Source of the DNA: a virus
Taxonomy: Duplodnaviria > Heunggongvirae > Uroviricota > Caudoviricetes
IMG/VR virus record: IMGVR_UViG_3300028583_002208
Length of the DNA: 42,919 bases
Reading direction: 5' to 3' (one strand)
Below, piece after piece: positions 36,775 to 42,919 of this stretch (its first letter is position 1; every line of letters starts with the position of its first letter). The position numbers and the translations under genes are program-made. The notes under the pieces were generated by a model. It was not told the DNA's origin. It made no database searches and was given only the letters and a program-made list of their open reading frames with translations.

Positions 36775-38730
36775 ACCATTTTCTTCTACATTAATATTAA
36801 AAGTATCCTCAGGCACATTAGTCTTACTTTTGTAACCAGATTTCTTCTCAGGCTTTGCATGAGGATCGTTTATATCCACATGAGGAGGTAACTTTTCTGG
36901 ATGTTTAGTAAAATATGTCTTAAAATCGTGGATAGTATGGGTTTCGATATCATAATACCAACTACCGCAATAGCCCGTATGTCCTGTCCACCTTATCTTA
37001 GAGGCTACTGCTTTAGTAACATTCTTCATTATACCATCTTCTTCATACTTATCCCTCATAAATAGAAGATTAGCTGCCCCAGATTTAAATATACTACTAC
37101 TACCTTGGAAATCCTCTTCCACTAAATCCTTTCCTGCACTGTTCGCCTTATCCCCATTACCTGACTTACGGACATGATTAATATTGACGAAAGTTACTCC
37201 TTTCTTTACCGTAGCTTTCTGCCAACGCATAAATACTGCTTGGTCTTCATTAGTAGCTCCGTCCAGTATATCTTGGATAGGATCTAAAATAATTAACTTA
37301 CACCCGTACTTATGTATTAATCGTTCGCATTGGTTTTGTAATTGTTTGATACTTCCATCTCTCTCATCTAAAAGGGCGAACCTATCTTTACCGTACTCAT
37401 CTTTCCATAGAGTACGTCTGTGTTCTTTATACTCAGGGGTGTCAAGTAACGCTACCGCATCTTTAGGGTTTTCTATCAACTGCAACTTTTTACCTGCGTG
37501 CCTAGAGAGCATAGCTAAACCATACTGTCCTTTGCTTAATTCTAGACTAACAACACCTACCATGTGAGGACTGTTAAATAACCAGTAGTATATCATCTCA
37601 TTAATAAACGATGTCTTCCCTGAGCCACTTGCTGCACCAAGGTTCAGGATAACTCCAAGAGGGACACCTCCCGCCATAAGCTTTTGTAGTTCGCTCATAA
37701 ATGGGGGTAATGGTATCTTCTCTAAAAGTAGTTCTTCGAAAACAGCATCATCTAAATCCCCGCTAAGGATAATACCCGAGGATTCAACAGGTTTAGCTGA
37801 ATAAAAATCATTAATGAATTGCTTCTCTTTTCCGTCAATAAGCATTTGGTTAGGATCTTTACCACTTGTTGACATTATTTTTACTTTATGCTTAGGTAAT
37901 ACTTCCGCAACCGCTTCTGCAGCTTCTCTTCCTTTATCATCGTTATCAAAACATATTATTATATTCTCAAACCTGTTCAAGAAGTCATACTGCATCTGTG
38001 CTTGTTTAAAAGCACTCCCTTCTCCCGTGGTAGGGGATACTACAGCAGTAGGTAGATATGTTTGGTCTGTCCCTCGACTTTTATGATGTTCATCCAACAT
38101 TTGAAATGCCGCTGCAAGGTCGTTTTCTCCACCTACAAGAACCACATCCCGCTGATTAAAGTAATCTTTGAATTTAATCTGCCCTGCAAAGTCACTTCCT
38201 AGTCCTGTTTGACCATAACCCCCTTTGGTAAAATCTTTGGGACAAACTCTTCGCTTATACCCTACTGGTACAGGGTTCATATCCCTTGTTTCAGGATATA
38301 ATTGTTCTAATACTTTACCATCTTCCGACATGACATGCAACTGTCCGAAAAACTTTCGGTACTGGTTTTTAACTCCTCGGTAATTATTACATTCGTAAGT
38401 ATATTCTTTATTTAATTTAACCACCTCTTCGCGAGTTAAAGGTTTCTTTTTAGATGCCCTAATAAAAGGTTTTCTTTCAACCACTTCACCTTCTTTTACC
38501 CCTAAACTAACGGCTACTGATGACTTGTGTAACTGGTCTTTACTAAAAACTTGGTTACAACTGTAACAATAAGAGTCGTACCAAACATCTCCATTGTCTC
38601 CATCATGCTCGTATACAGCCATTGCATCGGAAGAACCGCACTTCTTTTTACCTTCTACCTCTTCTGCTATACAATGAAAATGCCCTATAACACTCCCACT
38701 ATCTAAAACCACATCATCACCCAAAACCAC
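36760..38730 (-). CDS. Primase-helicase (T7 gp4-like)
   Basis: Zn-binding C/CGSSD/CYSC, Toprim GGEND and FDNDDKG, Walker A GAASGSGKT, Walker B IILDP, HVRK; GTG start after GAGGAG. Confidence 0.93.
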   Translation of the reverse strand: MVLGDDVVLDSGSVIGHFHCIAEEVEGKKKCGSSDAMAVYEHDGDNGDVWYDSYCYSCNQVFSKDQLHKSSVAVSLGVKEGEVVERKPFIRASKKKPLTREEVVKLNKEYTYECNNYRGVKNQYRKFFGQLHVMSEDGKVLEQLYPETRDMNPVPVGYKRRVCPKDFTKGGYGQTGLGSDFAGQIKFKDYFNQRDVVLVGGENDLAAAFQMLDEHHKSRGTDQTYLPTAVVSPTTGEGSAFKQAQMQYDFLNRFENIIICFDNDDKGREAAEAVAEVLPKHKVKIMSTSGKDPNQMLIDGKEKQFINDFYSAKPVESSGIILSGDLDDAVFEELLLEKIPLPPFMSELQKLMAGGVPLGVILNLGAASGSGKTSFINEMIYYWLFNSPHMVGVVSLELSKGQYGLAMLSRHAGKKLQLIENPKDAVALLDTPEYKEHRRTLWKDEYGKDRFALLDERDGSIKQLQNQCERLIHKYGCKLIILDPIQDILDGATNEDQAVFMRWQKATVKKGVTFVNINHVRKSGNGDKANSAGKDLVEEDFQGSSSIFKSGAANLLFMRDKYEEDGIMKNVTKAVASKIRWTGHTGYCGSWYYDIETHTIHDFKTYFTKHPEKLPPHVDINDPHAKPEKKSGYKSKTNVPEDTFNINVEENGGGIF

Positions 38731-38772
38731 TTCTCCTCAAATTTAATCACTCTTCCGCAAATGTCACTCTTT

Positions 38773-39045
38773 TCAAAGGGATACTTCCTCCAAAACAATA
38801 CCCAACCTTTCACACAAAGTGAGTAAATCTCCCAAAGTAAATCCCTCATACAAATAATATGAATGCTCTGCTAAGTGGTGATAATCTTCTCCGCTTTCTT
38901 CCGCTTTGTGTGCAACGATCGCATCTACATAAAGATTCCATAAGCTAGAAGCACTACCATTCTGCGACCACCCTTGTGCATTATAACATTCGCAAGGAAG
39001 GTCTCCATCCCACCATGAATCATCTGTGTAATTGTACACCTTCAT
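38773..39045 (-). CDS. Hypothetical protein
   Basis: GAGG RBS before ATG 39045. Confidence 0.7.
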   Translation of the reverse strand: MKVYNYTDDSWWDGDLPCECYNAQGWSQNGSASSLWNLYVDAIVAHKAEESGEDYHHLAEHSYYLYEGFTLGDLLTLCERLGIVLEEVSL

Positions 39046-39046
39046 A

Positions 39047-39229
39047 TTAATCCTCGCAGATAAATTCAATACCTAAATAAAACAATCGATCAGCTTTTGC
39101 CACATCCATAGCCTCTTCCATACTATTGAAAGATATTGCCCTTGTGTAATGACTTTTCCAAACAGGAATTCTCTTATTTGAACAACACTTCCCTGCATAA
39201 TATTCTGTTCCATTGGTTATGTAATACAT
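39047..39229 (-). CDS. Hypothetical protein
   Basis: GGAG RBS; coupled. Confidence 0.7.
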   Translation of the reverse strand: MYYITNGTEYYAGKCCSNKRIPVWKSHYTRAISFNSMEEAMDVAKADRLFYLGIEFICED

Positions 39230-39287
39230 TAACTTCTCTCCAAATAAACTCCCAGTTCACAAATGATACCACCTCTTCCACGAAGTG

Positions 39288-39470
39288 TCAAACCCCGTCT
39301 GGCAAAAGTATCCCTTCCTCAATTAGAATCTTGTTCAAACGGTCAATCTCTTTCAAGGCAGCGTCCCATTCCTCTAAGGCATCCTTGACAAAATGTTCAA
39401 TACTACTTTGTGGAAATTCATCAAATGTTGTCTCATGTAATATTCTTAAATTGTTGTGTCCTTTGCTCAT
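39288..39470 (-). CDS. Hypothetical protein
   Basis: GAGGAGG RBS before ATG 39470. Confidence 0.7.
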   Translation of the reverse strand: MSKGHNNLRILHETTFDEFPQSSIEHFVKDALEEWDAALKEIDRLNKILIEEGILLPDGV

Positions 39471-39489
39471 GTTCAAAAACCTCCTCCTC

Positions 39490-39756
39490 TTAAAATAAAT
39501 CACCTTTCTTGTACCACTCACCCTTAAAAGGTTTTTCTAAACCTAAGTATACTGTCACTGATCGGTAATCCTCACAACACAAAAGGTTATTTAATGTTTC
39601 CTCTCTTTTACATTCATCTCTGTAATCAGGAACTATCACCACTGTGTAAACTTTATTAGTATATTTTAACATATTCTTATACCAGCTATCAAACACTAAA
39701 GTACCTTCCTCATCAACCAAGACTATCACTTCCTGTTTACTAAGATTCTCCATCAA
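39490..39756 (-). CDS. Hypothetical protein
   Basis: GGAG RBS; the start may be 39753. Confidence 0.7.
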   Translation of the reverse strand: MMENLSKQEVIVLVDEEGTLVFDSWYKNMLKYTNKVYTVVIVPDYRDECKREETLNNLLCCEDYRSVTVYLGLEKPFKGEWYKKGDLF

Positions 39757-39765
39757 AATACTCTC

Positions 39766-39897
39766 CTAATCCAACGCCACTAAGAACGCAATAACACTTC
39801 CAAAGAATGCCCACCCTGAGTCATATGTAAACCCAAATGATACAAGTGTAATACATAACACTGCCGCAATCAATCTAACAAACATCTGTCCACTCAT
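39766..39897 (-). CDS. Small membrane protein (43 aa), absent from the ORF track
   Basis: MSGQMFVRLIAAVLCITLVSFGFTYDSGWAFFGSVIAFLVALD; TGATG overlap with the upstream gene. Confidence 0.7.
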   Translation of the reverse strand: MSGQMFVRLIAAVLCITLVSFGFTYDSGWAFFGSVIAFLVALD

Positions 39898-40283
39898 CAC
39901 CAATCATCTCCCGTTCTTTCTGCATCAAGCGCATCTTGCAAACTATCCAACTCATCTTCCAACTCATCAACCCTTTTCTGCAAGTCATCCCTTGCTTCTG
40001 TTAATTCTTCCACTTCATCTTTAAGTGTTTCCACTTGCTGATCAGCAGCTTTACGCATATCTTCATTATGAGAACGTGTGTTCTCGAATATATTCTCTGC
40101 GTCAGAGTAAAGTTCATCAGCAAATTCTCTCACTTTTGTACTAAAGTCCGCTTCTGAAATGTCAATATCATATTCATCAACAATCTCTTCCAAAAAACAT
40201 TTACATGTTTCAAAAGAAGCCTCCTTGAAAGAAGATATATCATTGTCGATGTAATCACATGTCCAACTGTAATCAAAACTCAT
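39897..40283 (-). CDS. Acidic coiled-coil protein
   Basis: Heptad-like C-terminus. Confidence 0.8.
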   Translation of the reverse strand: MSFDYSWTCDYIDNDISSFKEASFETCKCFLEEIVDEYDIDISEADFSTKVREFADELYSDAENIFENTRSHNEDMRKAADQQVETLKDEVEELTEARDDLQKRVDELEDELDSLQDALDAERTGDDW

Positions 40284-40285
40284 AA

Positions 40286-40666
40286 TCAGTCCTCTACTTT
40301 TAAAAGATGTCCTTCATTTTTACGTAAGAGTTGTTCCACATCTGACCAAAACCCACTTCCATCGAAATACTCTTTCAATAAATGATTAACTTTTGCCAAG
40401 GTAACCTCATTATTAGGAAGTTTCTCTCCTTCTGAGAGTAGTATTTCAATTTCACCAAATAAATCCTTTTGATGATAACTCACTATTCCGTGGAACATAT
40501 GTTCTATTTGATGACCATAGATTGCTTCTTGTTCTTCCAATACTTCGTAAACATCTTTATCCCACTGTAATATCAAATTATTCTTATCATCTTCTGAAGA
40601 TACAGCTACCATAGGACAATGGTTTTCATAACCCCAGTTAAACACTTGTGTTAATAATTTCTTCAT
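40286..40666 (-). CDS. Hypothetical protein
   Basis: ATGA overlap; GAGG RBS. Confidence 0.8.
   Translation of the reverse strand: MKKLLTQVFNWGYENHCPMVAVSSEDDKNNLILQWDKDVYEVLEEQEAIYGHQIEHMFHGIVSYHQKDLFGEIEILLSEGEKLPNNEVTLAKVNHLLKEYFDGSGFWSDVEQLLRKNEGHLLKVED
40418..40473. repeat. 56-bp exact direct repeat, copy 1
   Basis: Identical to 42624-42679. Confidence 0.95.
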
Positions 40667-40929
40667 AGCTTGTCCTCATACACTCGTTGACGCAATTCCA
40701 AATCTTTATAATTACTCAAGTCAGACAAGTAATCTCCATTCTCACAAGTTACAGAAGCCTCTCCTGTCCACCACCCGTTTATATTCTTCAAACTAGATCC
40801 TCTTAATTCCTCGCAGTACTTCTCTGCATAGTAAATATCTACAGAGCTTACACTTTGGAACAAGCACCCAGTCAAAGAAGATAACATTACACAAAGGATA
40901 ACACCTTTTAAAATTTTATTCACAATCAA
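40663..40929 (-). CDS. Putative lipoprotein
   Basis: Basic N-terminus, hydrophobic core, lipobox LTGC at residues 19-22. Confidence 0.7.
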   Translation of the reverse strand: MIVNKILKGVILCVMLSSLTGCLFQSVSSVDIYYAEKYCEELRGSSLKNINGWWTGEASVTCENGDYLSDLSNYKDLELRQRVYEDKL

Positions 40930-41099
40930 TCCCCCGCCTGATCACCAAAAGTACTCGCTTGCACAAGACGTTCCATCTCCAAAAGTATATCCTTCTCCTC
41001 TTGTCGTACTCTTGCCAAACAATCACCTAAATGTGCAATACGTGCTTTCATTGCCTGAACTTCATCGCCCTTTTGTGGCTTGTTGTACAAATCTACCAT
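40926..41099 (-). CDS. Small hypothetical protein (57 aa), absent from the ORF track
   Basis: MVDLYNKPQKGDEVQAMK...QAGD; GAGGG RBS; overlaps the next start. Confidence 0.7.
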   Translation of the reverse strand: MVDLYNKPQKGDEVQAMKARIAHLGDCLARVRQEEKDILLEMERLVQASTFGDQAGD

Positions 41100-41103
41100 A
41101 ATA

Positions 41104-41250
41104 TTATCCCTCGCTTAGTTTAAGTTTTTCTAATTCACTTTCAGCAGTTTCTATATGCATCATAACTTCTTTAGCCCCTTCGTACAAACTGTCATATTCT
41201 TGGTAAAGGTCTTCTAACTCTTCTTCCAAATCTTTTATTTTCTGGTTCAT
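41104..41250 (-). CDS. Small acidic coiled-coil protein (48 aa), absent from the ORF track
   Basis: MNQKIKDLEEELEDLYQ...SEG; GGAG RBS. Confidence 0.7.
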   Translation of the reverse strand: MNQKIKDLEEELEDLYQEYDSLYEGAKEVMMHIETAESELEKLKLSEG

Positions 41251-41252
41251 AA

Positions 41253-41894
41253 TTATTCTCCTGCTTCGATTGACTTCTGTAAAATGTTCATTTCTTCTTG
41301 TAAAGCTTCCATCTTCTGTTGAAGTGCTTCTAATTTAAGTTGCGATTGTGTTTTCTCAGGAGGACGTTTCCAGATAGATTTTAAGCCATATCCCAATTCC
41401 AGATTTGTTTTCAATGTGTAACTCCCCTCATCGGTCAATACTTCTACTATATCAGTATCATCTCCTTCACCGTGACCAAATAATAAATCTTCGGTAAAAC
41501 TATCCAGCGGGCAAAAACCTTCACTTCTATGTAAGTTCCCTGCTAACACTAAACGGTATTCCCCATCTGCGAATTTAACAAACATACCATCAACCAAATC
41601 ACTTTTACTGAAAGTTTTATTAAAAACAGTCTTATCCACAACTTTCTCCTCTTCTACTATCATACCAATCCTACGCTTGAATTCTTCTTTTGTTAAAATC
41701 GTCATGAGTGCTTCATAAAAATTGTTCGCAATGTAGAAATCATTATCTTCGGAAGAATAACCTAAATAAGGTTCAAAAGTCTTCCATCCGTTAGTCTCTT
41801 TATCAACCTCATAATTCTCCTCAATAAAGTCCAGCATTTCCTGATCATAATCTTCTGTATAAAAAGCTTCACCCCAATTTCTCAAATTCTGCAT
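41253..41894 (-). CDS. Hypothetical protein with a C-terminal coiled coil
   Basis: GAGGAG RBS; 213 aa. Confidence 0.8.
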   Translation of the reverse strand: MQNLRNWGEAFYTEDYDQEMLDFIEENYEVDKETNGWKTFEPYLGYSSEDNDFYIANNFYEALMTILTKEEFKRRIGMIVEEEKVVDKTVFNKTFSKSDLVDGMFVKFADGEYRLVLAGNLHRSEGFCPLDSFTEDLLFGHGEGDDTDIVEVLTDEGSYTLKTNLELGYGLKSIWKRPPEKTQSQLKLEALQQKMEALQEEMNILQKSIEAGE

Positions 41895-41915
41895 ACCCTT
41901 CTCCTCAAATTAAAA

Positions 41916-42245
41916 TTAATCCCCAAACACACCCTTTCGTAGCTTCGCTACAAGAGTACAATGCTTCTCCAAAAGACTATCCCCTTCCTCAGAAGAGTTC
42001 CCTTCTCCAACGTCCTCTTTGACACTGTATTCCTTATCCCCAAGCACCTTCACCAAATGGTTGACATCGTTCTCCTCTTGCCACCCTTTCATACATTCAT
42101 CCACATCATCTAAAATTCCCATATCTTTTAAAATGTTTCTCATTTGGAAAACTTCCCTCTCCCATTTAGAACGTAATGCTGATTCTATACAAAAGGCTGT
42201 CTGTAAGTCAAGTAGTTTTTGTTCAATTGTGGTTTCTTGTGCCAT
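41916..42245 (-). CDS. Hypothetical protein
   Basis: 109 aa; RBS. Confidence 0.75.
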   Translation of the reverse strand: MAQETTIEQKLLDLQTAFCIESALRSKWEREVFQMRNILKDMGILDDVDECMKGWQEENDVNHLVKVLGDKEYSVKEDVGEGNSSEEGDSLLEKHCTLVAKLRKGVFGD

Positions 42246-42249
42246 AGCG

Positions 42250-42453
42250 TTACCCTTCTAGAAATTCGAAATGTTCTTCTTGCTGGTCTAATAAGTGTGA
42301 ACATTCATAACACCAGATTACACTACCCAGTTTATAGAAATCAGGACACACTTGTTGGACAGGAATCTTTTCTTCACAGCAGGAGACCTTTTTATCACCT
42401 ACATTGCAACAATGTATCTTGTCATCTTTACCTAACACCACTAGTTTGTACAT
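42250..42453 (-). CDS. Small Cys-rich protein
   Basis: CC, CC and CxxC motifs; GAGG RBS. Confidence 0.7.
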   Translation of the reverse strand: MYKLVVLGKDDKIHCCNVGDKKVSCCEEKIPVQQVCPDFYKLGSVIWCYECSHLLDQQEEHFEFLEG

Positions 42454-42683
42454 TATTTCTTACCTCTTTTAAAAGTTTTATTCTGCTGATTAGTCACCCA
42501 CAATGGTGTAATTGGTTCAGGTTGTTTACTGCATTCCCTCCTCCGAAGTGCTTGTTCCAATTCTAGAATATCACCTTTTGTACACGGTTCTCCTTGTCGC
42601 AGTTCTATTTCAAACCCTTCTAAAAGTTTCTCTCCTTCTGAGAGTAGTATTTCAATTTCACCAAATAAATCCTTTTGATACAC
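42453..42683 (-). CDS. Hypothetical protein, N-terminus probably chimeric
   Basis: The first ~20 codons duplicate an internal part of 40286-40666. Confidence 0.4.
   Translation of the reverse strand: MYQKDLFGEIEILLSEGEKLLEGFEIELRQGEPCTKGDILELEQALRRRECSKQPEPITPLWVTNQQNKTFKRGKK
42624..42679. repeat. 56-bp exact direct repeat, copy 2
   Basis: Identical to 40418-40473. Confidence 0.95.
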
Positions 42684-42790
42684 AATCCCCTTTTATTACT
42701 TCAGGAATACGAATTGGCACGCCAGCCATTACTACAAGGGGAATCAAAGAAGATACAATTGCTATTATTGTTGATTTGATTGATGATGTA
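42671..42790 (+). pseudogene. glyA: Fragment of serine hydroxymethyltransferase
   Basis: Translates [40 protein letters not shown], the conserved SHMT C-terminal motif; no start codon. Confidence 0.85.
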
Positions 42791-42919
42791 AACGATTGCT
42801 ATCAATACATGTCATCCTGGTTCAATAGTCCTCACCAGTCACTGAATTTAGATTCACAAAACCGCTGGTATGGCTCATTTATTTTCTTTGAATATGTGAA
42901 CACCCATTTAAGCATAGAT
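42782..42919 (+). other. Fragment of another, probably non-phage, protein
   Basis: [43 protein letters not shown] recalls secreted bacterial metalloprotease-like proteins; runs off the window end. Confidence 0.4.

Noticed and set aside
42671-42790. glyA as an auxiliary metabolic gene
   Set aside because: Only 40 codons, no start, flanked by microhomology junctions
1-42919. CRISPR array or cas genes (as in ICP1) and tRNA genes
   Set aside because: No regularly spaced repeats, cas motifs or cloverleafs were seen by eye

Overview
An AT-rich 42.9 kb segment of a lytic myovirus with Felix O1/rV5/ICP1-like gene organisation; a marine Vibrio-like host is plausible but only inferred. Bases 1-26.7 kb (+ strand) are the virion module: S49 protease with nested scaffold, decoration and major capsid proteins, accessory virion proteins, neck, sheath, tube, tail chaperones with a -1 frameshift site, tape measure, baseplate and two tailspikes. 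Bases 26.8-42.6 kb (- strand) are the replication/early module: SSB, many small genes, a family A DNA polymerase and a T7 gp4-like primase-helicase. Main observations: (1) a complete group I intron (14629-15755) with an HNH endonuclease splits the tape-measure gene, and P1, P10, P2, P6a, P7 and P8 can be paired by eye; (2) two free-standing zinc-ribbon/T5orf172 (GIY-YIG) homing endonucleases, one with an unannotated Zn-finger ORF upstream; (3) an intergenic G-quadruplex motif with a wrong-strand terminator, and a 28-bp (AT)8 palindrome, flanking the second endonuclease; (4) a 2OG-Fe(II) oxygenase near a ParB-like gene, and a polymerase with non-canonical motifs A and B; (5) the last ~300 bp are a microhomology-joined mosaic (a 56-bp phage duplication, a glyA fragment and another protein fragment), probably a chimeric contig end. 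No CRISPR array or tRNA was seen. All protein family calls come from motif recognition, not database searches.
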